60,814 nucleotides of DNA from a virus (Duplodnaviria; Caudoviricetes). Made by a program: the position numbers and the translations under genes. Location of the stretch: positions 1-60,814 of the IMG/VR virus record IMGVR_UViG_3300051213_000340. One strand, given 5' to 3'. Below, piece after piece: positions 26,025 to 34,211 of this stretch (positions are counted from its first letter, which is position 1; each line of letters begins with the position of its first letter). The notes beneath the pieces are model-generated. The model searched no databases, was not told the origin of the DNA, and saw only the letters and a list, made by a program, of their open reading frames with translations.

Positions 26025-26509
26025 TCATCGGCATCGACAACGGACTCGACGGCGGACTTTGTGCCATATCAGCGCACGACGGATCCATCATCGACAAGTT
26101 GGCGACGCCGACATTTGAACGAGCTGGCAAACGGGAAGTCGATACTTGTACCATCTACGACTGGATCACCGACCTGCATACTGAGCCCTTGATCGGGATT
26201 GAGGAACCGCTGAAACACGCGAAGTCTTCTCAAGCGATGCGGTCAATGGGGATCTCGTACGGCAAGATCTTAGGGATGTGCGAGTCCCACAAGCTCAAAG
26301 TCCAGCCGATCCAAGTGTTGGACTGGCAAGATTCTATGTTAGGCAAAGTGCCTAAGTCACAGACAAAAGTCTTTGCTTTGAGGAAAGCAAACGAACTCGC
26401 GCCGGATGAGGACTGGCGCAAGAACAACCGATGCACCGTACCCCATGACGGCATCGTTGACGCTTACCTCATAGCACAGTATACTAGACAAAGATATGCC
26501 AAAAGATAG
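26021..26509 (+). CDS. RuvC-like Holliday junction resolvase
   Basis: IIGIDNG.DGG, IEE, HDGIVDAYLIA acidic motifs. Confidence 0.85.
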   Translation: MIIGIDNGLDGGLCAISAHDGSIIDKLATPTFERAGKREVDTCTIYDWITDLHTEPLIGIEEPLKHAKSSQAMRSMGISYGKILGMCESHKLKVQPIQVLDWQDSMLGKVPKSQTKVFALRKANELAPDEDWRKNNRCTVPHDGIVDAYLIAQYTRQRYAKR

Positions 26510-26843
26510 CTGCTACAAAAAAGTCAAAGCGCAGTACGACGTATTCCCGTCTGCCCGCGCTTCACAAGCGATTGCCAAATGCCGGAAGGAATCTGGCAAT
26601 GTCAAGAAGTCTGAAGCCGGAACCAGCCTCAAACGTTGGGAACGCGAGAAGTGGGTTGACCAGAAAACTGGCAAGCCGTGTGGGGCTGGTGACAAAAATG
26701 AATACTGCCGCCCGACAAAACGAGTTTCTAAAGAGACGCCGAAGACCGCTGGCGAGATGTCGCCCACAGAGAAACGGCGTAAGATTTTGGAGAAAGCCCG
26801 TGTCGGCATGGGCGCAAAAGTATCACCCCTAAAAAGAAAGTAA
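26496..26843 (+). CDS. Small basic protein, DUF5872-like
   Basis: FPSARAS, LKRW..EKWVD..TGKPCG, YCRPTKRVSKETPKT. Confidence 0.7.
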   Translation: MPKDSCYKKVKAQYDVFPSARASQAIAKCRKESGNVKKSEAGTSLKRWEREKWVDQKTGKPCGAGDKNEYCRPTKRVSKETPKTAGEMSPTEKRRKILEKARVGMGAKVSPLKRK

Positions 26844-26846
26844 GTT

Positions 26847-27125
26847 ATGGACATCGCAAAAACACTAGAACAATGCCTTGACGACGAAGAAGAAGTCCTG
26901 CTTGCAGACGGCTTTGAAGAAGCGTTCATGGGAATCGCCCGCCAGTTCGGAAAGCCTTTTGCCGTATACAGTTTCGAGAAATGTATCGAGATACTTGCCA
27001 GAGAGATGACTGAGGAAGACGCTCTGGAGTATTTCTACTACAATGTAGAGGGCGCATGGGTAGGCGAAAACACTCCGGCCTTCATGTCGTGGGCCGATCC
27101 CGATGACGAGATTTTGGTCAGTTAA
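26847..27125 (+). CDS. Conserved phage hypothetical protein (92 aa)
   Basis: ADGFEEAFMG...EDALEYFYYNVEGAWVGENTP pattern recalled from aquatic phages. Confidence 0.75.
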   Translation: MDIAKTLEQCLDDEEEVLLADGFEEAFMGIARQFGKPFAVYSFEKCIEILAREMTEEDALEYFYYNVEGAWVGENTPAFMSWADPDDEILVS

Positions 27126-27182
27126 AAATTTTTCAATTTTTTTCTCGACTTCGTTCCGTTCTTCGAGTAAGAGCCTTCTCGA

Positions 27183-28478
27183 ATGAAAACACTATTCCCG
27201 AAGCAAGATGACGCCAAAGAGTTTTTTCTCTGCTGTCATAAGAACAAGATTAACACGCTGGACAGCTCAAGCGTTGGAACTGGCAAGACAGTTGTGGCAG
27301 TTCATCTGGCCAGAGATCTTAACAAGCCTGTCGCTGTACTTTGCCCGAAAGCGGTTGTCCCATCATGGGAACGAGAATTTAAAGAACATGGAATAACGCC
27401 ACTATTCGTCACGAACTTTGAGAAGATCCGTGGCGGCAAGACCAAATGGTTGTCGAAAGTTGGCAAGAAGATTTTGCGTTGGTCACTGCCGGAAGACACG
27501 CTGGTACTTGTAGACGAGATACACAAATGCAAAGGGCCATACACGTTAAACGCCCAACTGGTAATCTCGCTGGTACAGCAGAAATATTCTGTGCACGGCA
27601 TGTCCGCCACTGCCGCTGAAGATCCGACAGAGATGAGGGCGTTGGGCTACTTGTTGGGACTGCACTCGCTCAACAAGCCAGAGAACGGATTGGCCAGCTG
27701 GTACAGCTGGATGATGAAGTACGGATGCTATCAGGACGATTGGGGCGGATGGAAGCTGGCGACCAGAACAAAGCTGGCTTCGCTACGCAACATGATGTAC
27801 GGAGTCAACTGCAACAAACTTACAGTAGCAGACTTTCCGGACAGCTTCCGCGACAACCGTGTTTTCGTCGAGCCTACGGAATTCAAAGACCTCAAGAAGA
27901 TCGACAAAGCCTACGAGCAGTTGGGCATTACGCCAGCCATCATTGACGAGTACATCCTCAACGGCACTGTCGCCAACAGCGAACACATTCTGGTAAACAT
28001 ACTCAAAGCCCGCCAGCTGGCGGAGTCCTTCAAAGTGCCAGACATTGTCGAGATGGCGGAAGACTTTATCGCTGGTGGCAACAGCGTCGTGATCTTCGTG
28101 AACTTCACAGATACTGTGAATGCTCTGTGCGGCTTGCTTAACTGCCCAAAGATCGACGGCAACCAAACTGCCTTTCAAAGGCAACAAGCTGTCGATGACT
28201 TCCAAAGCGACGTCGCTAACTGCATTGTCGTCAACATTGCCGCTGGCGGTACTGGTCTGTCACTACATGATACCAATGGAGCAAGACCACGTATCTCACT
28301 TATTTGTCCGACATTTAACGCAAAGGATTATTTGCAAGTGTTGGGCCGGATACATCGCAACGGAGCTAAGTCGGACGCGATCCAAAAAGTTCTTGTTGCC
28401 GCTGGCACGATTGAGGAAGTTGTCATGAAGGCAATCCGGACAAAGACAGAGAATCTACAGGCAATTCACGGCGTGTAA
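27183..28478 (+). CDS. Superfamily 2 (SNF2-like) helicase
   Basis: GTGKT, DEIH, SAT, GTGLSL, Q..GRIHR motifs. Confidence 0.92.
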   Translation: MKTLFPKQDDAKEFFLCCHKNKINTLDSSSVGTGKTVVAVHLARDLNKPVAVLCPKAVVPSWEREFKEHGITPLFVTNFEKIRGGKTKWLSKVGKKILRWSLPEDTLVLVDEIHKCKGPYTLNAQLVISLVQQKYSVHGMSATAAEDPTEMRALGYLLGLHSLNKPENGLASWYSWMMKYGCYQDDWGGWKLATRTKLASLRNMMYGVNCNKLTVADFPDSFRDNRVFVEPTEFKDLKKIDKAYEQLGITPAIIDEYILNGTVANSEHILVNILKARQLAESFKVPDIVEMAEDFIAGGNSVVIFVNFTDTVNALCGLLNCPKIDGNQTAFQRQQAVDDFQSDVANCIVVNIAAGGTGLSLHDTNGARPRISLICPTFNAKDYLQVLGRIHRNGAKSDAIQKVLVAAGTIEEVVMKAIRTKTENLQAIHGV

Positions 28479-28551
28479 AATTTCTGAACTTTTTTCTTTA
28501 CTCTCATCGAACTCAGATTATTTTGACCACCAATACTAACCACAAAACACA

Positions 28552-28791
28552 ATGTCATTTGGAACTGGAGCAGGAAAGGGCGATCTGCCAAGAGCCGTAA
28601 ACGGCGAAGCATATCGGGACAACTTCGATAATATCTTCCGCAAACAGAGAGAGTTCACTTACGAACAACTTCTGAAGATGCACGACACAGCTATTGAGTC
28701 AGGACAATTTGATAGGGCAGCAGAATACAAACAAAAAATAGAACAACTAAAATATGGAGACCAAAACAATAGACCAGAAACACATGAGTGA
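28552..28791 (+). CDS. Small conserved phage protein
   Basis: GKGD.PR.V....Y..NFD.IF motif. Confidence 0.7.
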   Translation: MSFGTGAGKGDLPRAVNGEAYRDNFDNIFRKQREFTYEQLLKMHDTAIESGQFDRAAEYKQKIEQLKYGDQNNRPETHE

Positions 28792-28960
28792 CCAGACAAC
28801 CGAATGCTGTAACATGACAAGCCACCACATAACTTATAAGTTAATGCACAGACTGGCTTCCGAAAACCCAAGAATAATTGAGTATTGTTTCAGTGATCGT
28901 CCTGATGAAATTTTTACTGATCGTGATCTTTTAATGAAACATCGCGGATTTACTCCTTAA
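28754..28960 (+). CDS. Hypothetical protein
   Basis: Fills gap on the operon strand; start uncertain. Confidence 0.4.
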   Translation: METKTIDQKHMSDQTTECCNMTSHHITYKLMHRLASENPRIIEYCFSDRPDEIFTDRDLLMKHRGFTP

Positions 28961-29001
28961 GAACTTAGGCAAACTGTGACCATAATACCCACCACTTTTC
29001 T

Positions 29002-29700
29002 ATGAGTACACAATACAATGATCCGAAAGGCGCTATCGGCGCGACTAAAGTACCGTTGGGTCTGATCCCGCCGCATGCGATGGAACAAACCGCATGGGTC
29101 CACAAGTTGGGCGCAGACAAGTACGGAGCATGGAACTGGCGCGAGACTGGCGTGTGCGCTAGTACGTACGTCAACGCAATCCTTCGACACTTGAACGCGT
29201 GGCGCGACGGCGAAGACTTGGACCCTGAATCCGGTATCTCGCATCTGGCACACGTTGCCTGTAGCGCGAACATCCTTATGGATGCTGGCTACTGTGGCAA
29301 GCTACAGGATGACAGGAACACCACACGTCAGTGCAACGAAGTCGAAGATGTAGACGACGGACTGTGGACCGAACTTGACGAAAGCATCAAAGAAGATTGG
29401 GCTGAAGCAGGATACCGCGTTTTAGATAGGGGTGAGATCTTGCAAGACGGCGACGAAGTCTATGTCGGATCTGGCATTTGGATGCCACTTTTCATTCCTA
29501 ATTGGGTCAAGCAGGAAGTCGTTGACGGAATTTACCGCCGCAAACTCATCACAAATTGTGATCTTAAAGAGACTTGTGATTCCAAATCGGAATCTCAAGA
29601 GGAGTGCGAGTGTGGACGCCGCTACGTCTACCACTTCATGTTCGGCTGGATCTGCGAAGACTGCGACCTCTACAGCGATAAGAAAGACTACTACCCATGA
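29002..29700 (+). CDS. dATP/dGTP diphosphohydrolase N-terminal domain (DUF5664) protein with Cys-rich C-terminal extension
   Basis: K.PLGLIPP, GADKYG.WNWR, AILRHL.AW..GED.DPESG.SHLAH. Confidence 0.85.
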   Translation: MSTQYNDPKGAIGATKVPLGLIPPHAMEQTAWVHKLGADKYGAWNWRETGVCASTYVNAILRHLNAWRDGEDLDPESGISHLAHVACSANILMDAGYCGKLQDDRNTTRQCNEVEDVDDGLWTELDESIKEDWAEAGYRVLDRGEILQDGDEVYVGSGIWMPLFIPNWVKQEVVDGIYRRKLITNCDLKETCDSKSESQEECECGRRYVYHFMFGWICEDCDLYSDKKDYYP

Positions 29701-29897
29701 TACACGACCGACAAATGAAGATCACTGTGGAGATCCCACACGAAGGAAGCAAGCTGGAGTTCTCGCTGCCGCGAGACCAGCCGCTTGAAGACTTAGTCAC
29801 GGTGTTTCGCACCGTAATGACCTACCTGTCATGGCATCCAGACATTACTGAATCCATGTTCAAACGGGAATTTCTGGAGGATCACGGCGTCGAGTAA
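29697..29897 (+). CDS. Hypothetical protein (66 aa)
   Basis: ATGA overlap with previous gene. Confidence 0.65.
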   Translation: MIHDRQMKITVEIPHEGSKLEFSLPRDQPLEDLVTVFRTVMTYLSWHPDITESMFKREFLEDHGVE

Positions 29898-29910
29898 TGC
29901 GTCAAATTTT

Positions 29911-29981
29911 GCCCTATTAGTTTAATGGTAAAACGGTAGATTTGTAATCTTCTGACGAAAGTTCGATTCTTTCATGGGGCT
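29911..29981 (+). tRNA. tRNA-Thr (anticodon UGU), CCA not encoded
   Basis: Acceptor GCCCTAT/ATGGGGC, D arm GTTT/AAAC with TGG, anticodon loop TT-TGT-AA (one T-T stem mismatch), T arm GAAAG-TTCGATT-CTTTC. Confidence 0.9.
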
Positions 29982-30045
29982 CTTAACTCGTCATAAATGG
30001 CGTGTTACGCTAGAAACCAATACTTAAAACGCCACTAAAGACGAC

Positions 30046-30150
30046 ATGAATTTCACACCAATAATTATTACGCTCGCCGTAATGCTGTTCCTTGTAGGCT
30101 TTGTCATGTACGTAATCTACAAGTCAGTGGACGACGACTTCTGGTATTAA
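30046..30150 (+). CDS. Tiny membrane peptide with acidic tail (34 aa)
   Basis: Hand-translated MNFTPIIITLAVMLFLVGFVMYVIYKSVDDDFWY. Confidence 0.55.
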   Translation: MNFTPIIITLAVMLFLVGFVMYVIYKSVDDDFWY

Positions 30151-30205
30151 ACATATGGGCAGGACACACTTAGAAACGCCCTTACTGCATGGAAGGAGTA
30201 CACTC

Positions 30206-30475
30206 ATGAATAAATGCTGCACATATTGTGAATCTGATAAAGAGCCATATTTTTCTCGCGTTGAACCGATGGGTTTTTACTGCGTTGAATGTGGTCATAA
30301 TTTCGATGGGGTAGATCCAGAAGACTCCAAAGAAATAAAAAAACAACTCGCCTCCGAACGCGCCCTAGCGGATCGGCTGGGACAATCACTGTTAAGAGTA
30401 TCTGAGATGTCGCCGCTGATTTACGCACACGTAATGGATGATCTCGCCGCATGGAAGGAGGCCCGCAGTGAGTGA
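30206..30475 (+). CDS. Zinc-ribbon-containing hypothetical protein
   Basis: CTYC...CVECG; GGAAGGAG upstream of ATG 30206. Confidence 0.6.
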   Translation: MNKCCTYCESDKEPYFSRVEPMGFYCVECGHNFDGVDPEDSKEIKKQLASERALADRLGQSLLRVSEMSPLIYAHVMDDLAAWKEARSE

Positions 30476-30698
30476 GCGACCAACACCAGAAACAGATGCG
30501 TTGGCATCGGAGCATAGAGGGGCTGTGATATGGCCGGACTTCGCCCGCAAACTTGAGCGCGAGCGGGATGAGGCGCGTGAAGAATGCAGCCAGTATAGGG
30601 GCATGCTTATTCGCTTGTACAACGACCTGTTCGTGCACCACGGCGGCCAAGCAGTGCGCGAGTTTAAAGAATTATTCAGAGAAGAAAACTACAACTAA
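30468..30698 (+). CDS. Hypothetical protein (TPETDA...FARKLERERDEAR type)
   Basis: Recurrent phage motif; GTG start after AAGGAGG. Confidence 0.65.
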   Translation: MSERPTPETDALASEHRGAVIWPDFARKLERERDEAREECSQYRGMLIRLYNDLFVHHGGQAVREFKELFREENYN

Positions 30699-30702
30699 CA
30701 CT

Positions 30703-30981
30703 ATGAAACCATACTACTACGTTTACAGATATGAACACAGAGGACCGACCGCTCGACACGGAACAATTGAATCCGCACAAAAAGAAGCAGAGCGGCTTGC
30801 CGAACAACATCCAGAATCTACCTTCGAGATCCTGAAATGTGTCGGCCAAACCAGAACTACTAAAGCAAAGACTTTCTGGATGGACGGTGAAGAGCCCGAA
30901 GAAATTACCCGTCTCGCGCCGCCTACCCAAAAATTCCAGTACCACAATGGAAACGCAAAGTTCAACAGTGCTCCCTTCTAG
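30703..30981 (+). CDS. Hypothetical protein
   Basis: PT.RH.TIESA..EAERLA..HP..TF pattern; A/C-rich leader. Confidence 0.7.
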   Translation: MKPYYYVYRYEHRGPTARHGTIESAQKEAERLAEQHPESTFEILKCVGQTRTTKAKTFWMDGEEPEEITRLAPPTQKFQYHNGNAKFNSAPF

Positions 30982-31147
30982 GAAGTACATCTGTATCATT
31001 TGTGGTACAAAGGGGCGCCGTGGCAACAAGCCGGAACAACGGCTAATGGAGCCGATCTGTCCGAAGTGCCAGAATGACTTCTGGACAGTCGAACGGATCA
31101 TACCGGTACTGCCGAAGTTTCTTGAGTACTACCATTCCAAACAATAA
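30947..31147 (+). CDS. Zinc-ribbon protein
   Basis: CIICG...CPKCQ. Confidence 0.55.
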   Translation: METQSSTVLPSRKYICIICGTKGRRGNKPEQRLMEPICPKCQNDFWTVERIIPVLPKFLEYYHSKQ

Positions 31148-31169
31148 CTGATGACAGACAATCGGAATC

Positions 31170-31349
31170 ATGATAACTGAACCAAACACCAAAACGAAGG
31201 AAGAGGCATTGAGGTATTTTGCTGAGATGCCACCCATAACCAATGAGGACGGCTCGTTGGATTACGAAGCAATGGCTGGAGAGCTTCTCGTCGAAGGAGT
31301 CCCTTTTGCAGAAGTTAGCCCCTATATGAAAGCTCTTGGATTAGCCTAA
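31170..31349 (+). CDS. Hypothetical protein (59 aa)
   Basis: Hand-translated MITEPNTKTKEEALRYFAEM...; fills gap. Confidence 0.5.
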   Translation: MITEPNTKTKEEALRYFAEMPPITNEDGSLDYEAMAGELLVEGVPFAEVSPYMKALGLA

Positions 31350-31363
31350 TAGACACTAACCAT

Positions 31364-31714
31364 ATGAGCATCATAGACGAAGCCATTGAAAAGATCCTTG
31401 CCGACAAACGGGAAGCCCAACTGGAAGCGGCTCGCTGGAGAGCGGAGGCATTGATGCTCCGTAGCATTCGGCAGCAACAGGAAGAGTTGGGCCTGACCGA
31501 CCGCAATAACCACGCGCTCCGTGTGCGTTGGGTAAATGCTTTGCGAAAACTCGTTGACAAACGGATGCCCGTAAATAAGATGGGCTCTCCGATGACTACT
31601 GATGTCGATGTCCTACTGGCAACAGAGGAGGAACATCTCGAAGTCTTGAACACTCTCTATGAAAAAAGAAACACCGAAACTAACAGCGCAAAACCTAATC
31701 ATGACTGCCCTTAA
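31364..31714 (+). CDS. Hypothetical protein (116 aa)
   Basis: ORF in operon. Confidence 0.65.
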   Translation: MSIIDEAIEKILADKREAQLEAARWRAEALMLRSIRQQQEELGLTDRNNHALRVRWVNALRKLVDKRMPVNKMGSPMTTDVDVLLATEEEHLEVLNTLYEKRNTETNSAKPNHDCP

Positions 31715-31844
31715 AGAGGCTTACTTCAAGAGGGCTAAACAGGAAAAGATTGGAAGCACGAAACGACTAACCGAAGAAATTGACCTACTAGAATCAGCAA
31801 TCAAAGAACTCTCACAACAGATTAAAGATGACAAAGAAAATTGA
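31659..31844 (+). CDS. Hypothetical protein (61 aa)
   Basis: Helical ORF in operon. Confidence 0.55.
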   Translation: MKKETPKLTAQNLIMTALKEAYFKRAKQEKIGSTKRLTEEIDLLESAIKELSQQIKDDKEN

Positions 31845-32109
31845 ACCGTTTAAAATTATTGGTCGAAATGGCCACTCCTGCACTCTGACAAAACTGAAGC
31901 CCAAAAAGTATTTGATCTCCTTTGTACAACCGATAGTGCGGTACGGATACAATGAGGATATGACAGAAATTAATTTTGTTGATCCGTCCGGCGGGCCAAG
32001 TATTTCTATCGGCACATCTCTTAGAGAGCTGCATCCGAAATTGCCCGACAAGAAAGTAACGGCAATCACCGTTGATAAGGAAACCAAAGTCACCGTCATC
32101 GACCTATGA
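31828..32109 (+). CDS. Hypothetical protein (93 aa)
   Basis: FVDPSGGP.I..G motif; ATGA overlap with next gene. Confidence 0.7.
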   Translation: MTKKIEPFKIIGRNGHSCTLTKLKPKKYLISFVQPIVRYGYNEDMTEINFVDPSGGPSISIGTSLRELHPKLPDKKVTAITVDKETKVTVIDL

Positions 32110-33221
32110 AACAACAACCAGACCATAGCTCACGCGGACACGCGGAGTTCTCTCCGTCTTCCCTCAAGTACGTGTCGAAGTGTGCTGGATTCCACGGACG
32201 CGAAGGCACTAACGCTTCCGCTGAGATGGGTACACGCATCCACGAAGCTCTTGAAATCTTCGATCCCTCAGCCCTCCATAACGAGCAGGAACTGGAAATC
32301 TACGAGAAGATCGTGGAGATGGAGAAAGAGTTCCTGAGTAACTTTAGTACTGTCGTTGAAGAGCACAACGAGATCCAAGTCACTGTGCAGCTCAACGGCA
32401 CAGAGACATGGGGCACTTGCGACCGATTCCTGATTCTGGAATCCGGAAACGCTGTGATGGCTGACTACAAAACAGGCATCAGTATTATTGATCCACCGGA
32501 AAAGAACTGGCAAGCCAAAGCATATGTCGTCGGAGCTTTTCAAAAGTTTCCTAACATAGATGAGATTACATTCGTATTCTATGTGCCGCAGCATGATCAG
32601 TCTCTGCACCACACCTTCTCACGTGCAGCAGATCTCAACAGACTGATTGACGAACTTACTACAGTCATACTCAAAGCAGAAAAGGTTCGGCCAAAATGGA
32701 TCGGCGGTAAGCCAGCTCTGGAAGATCTGACACCGACACCGAACTGCCGCTTCTGCCGTTACGAAGATATCTGTCCAGCTTTAGGCGGACTCATTCTGGA
32801 AGTGGCGAAGAAGATTGACCCACAGCTTCCGGACGTTGATATCGAGAATACGGAAGATCCGTTAGTGCTGGAAGATCTCTGGAACATAGGAAAGATCGTG
32901 ACCAATTGGGCGGATCGCCAAAAGGCACGAACTCTTGATCTTGTCAAGAATGGACTTGAATTGCCCACGTTGAAACTCCAGTCTATGGGTTCAACGAAAA
33001 AAGTGGTTGACAATCAAGGACTGGTTGGTATCGCTATGGACTTCGGGATGACACCAGAAGAACTGATTAATGAGGCGACTCTGCCACTGTCTAAGATCGC
33101 AAAAGCAATTGCTGACCGCCACGAAAAATCAGAAAGAAAAAAAATCTCACAAGATTTTCTTGACGAATGCCAAAACGCTGGCATCGTCGAAAGCTCTGAC
33201 ACGCGCTACACACTTAGGTGA
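32106..33221 (+). CDS. Cas4-like PD-(D/E)XK exonuclease (DUF2800-like)
   Basis: HA.FSPSS....C, GT.IH, GTCD, DYKTG, Q...Y, CRFC.....CP. Confidence 0.88.
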   Translation: MKQQPDHSSRGHAEFSPSSLKYVSKCAGFHGREGTNASAEMGTRIHEALEIFDPSALHNEQELEIYEKIVEMEKEFLSNFSTVVEEHNEIQVTVQLNGTETWGTCDRFLILESGNAVMADYKTGISIIDPPEKNWQAKAYVVGAFQKFPNIDEITFVFYVPQHDQSLHHTFSRAADLNRLIDELTTVILKAEKVRPKWIGGKPALEDLTPTPNCRFCRYEDICPALGGLILEVAKKIDPQLPDVDIENTEDPLVLEDLWNIGKIVTNWADRQKARTLDLVKNGLELPTLKLQSMGSTKKVVDNQGLVGIAMDFGMTPEELINEATLPLSKIAKAIADRHEKSERKKISQDFLDECQNAGIVESSDTRYTLR

Positions 33222-33265
33222 GCGTCTGTCAAAAACAAGAAACAACAAAACTAGAAGCCAGTAAC

Positions 33266-33913
33266 ATGGAAGCAGTAACAACAGAAGTAGTAGGAACCAA
33301 ACCCACATCAATCATCGTCAACGAAAGTGGACTGATGATGGACGCAAACGACATTGATATCCCCCGTATCAATCTCGTTCAGAAAACCAGCGACATTGAC
33401 GCGCCAGTCGGGTCAGTCGTTATCGACAAGAAACACGTCCTCCTCAAACCCGATGAACCCGCCGAGACCATTGTGCTCATGGCGGTCAAAGGATGGCGTG
33501 AAGATATCCCTTACGACGATGACGGAATTCCCCGCATTGCGTACTCGCCTGAGGAAATGCAAGCAATTGCATCTCAGTCCGAATACGAGATGTTGGAGTT
33601 TGCTGAAATCACCCTTATGTTTAAACAACCGGAAGGATGTGAAAACGAAGAGGCTTATCCGTTCCCTATTGGCGACCACCAATATGCAATCGGTAAGATC
33701 AACGTTGCGAAGGATGCGTATCGTCAGACGTACAAGCGTCTTGCGACATTCGCCGCCTTCAACAAGTCGGTCCCCCTTCAGAACAAACTCTGGAACTTCG
33801 AGTCCAGCTTGATGACGAAAGGGAAGTATAGCTGGTATGCCCCGTCTCTGAGCATCACTCAGAAACAGCCAGACGAAGCCGTTCTTGAATTCACCTCTAA
33901 CTTCGGACGATAA
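33266..33913 (+). CDS. Putative ssDNA-binding/annealing protein
   Basis: DIDIPRINLVQKTS N-terminal motif; lies between exonuclease and DNA polymerase. Confidence 0.5.
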   Translation: MEAVTTEVVGTKPTSIIVNESGLMMDANDIDIPRINLVQKTSDIDAPVGSVVIDKKHVLLKPDEPAETIVLMAVKGWREDIPYDDDGIPRIAYSPEEMQAIASQSEYEMLEFAEITLMFKQPEGCENEEAYPFPIGDHQYAIGKINVAKDAYRQTYKRLATFAAFNKSVPLQNKLWNFESSLMTKGKYSWYAPSLSITQKQPDEAVLEFTSNFGR

Positions 33914-34131
33914 TGACACTAGACGCGCAACCCACTGAAACCGATATCATTAAAGCTGAAGTAGAAATGCTTACGAAAATGATTGAGGAAGTTATGGGCA
34001 ACATCAAACAAGCCCAAGCAAATATGGTTAAGATGGCGGTCGTTCGCGATCACCTTCTTAAGAGTATCGAAAACAAAGAAGAGCAATTGGTCTTTGATTT
34101 CGGCACACCCGATGCAGAGCCTACTGCTTAA
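33913..34131 (+). CDS. Hypothetical coiled-coil protein (72 aa)
   Basis: TAATG overlap with previous gene. Confidence 0.7.
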   Translation: MTLDAQPTETDIIKAEVEMLTKMIEEVMGNIKQAQANMVKMAVVRDHLLKSIENKEEQLVFDFGTPDAEPTA

Positions 34132-34147
34132 TAAATTGGCACAACTC

Positions 34148-34187
34148 AGCCCGTATCGGTACATGTTCAAACCGATACGGGCTTCTT
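34148..34187 (+). terminator. Hairpin upstream of DNA polymerase (terminator/attenuator or processing site)
   Basis: Perfect 13-bp stem AGCCCGTATCGGT/ACCGATACGGGCT, weak T tail. Confidence 0.6.
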
Positions 34188-34211
34188 CAACCCCGCTATG
34201 AACACTTACAT

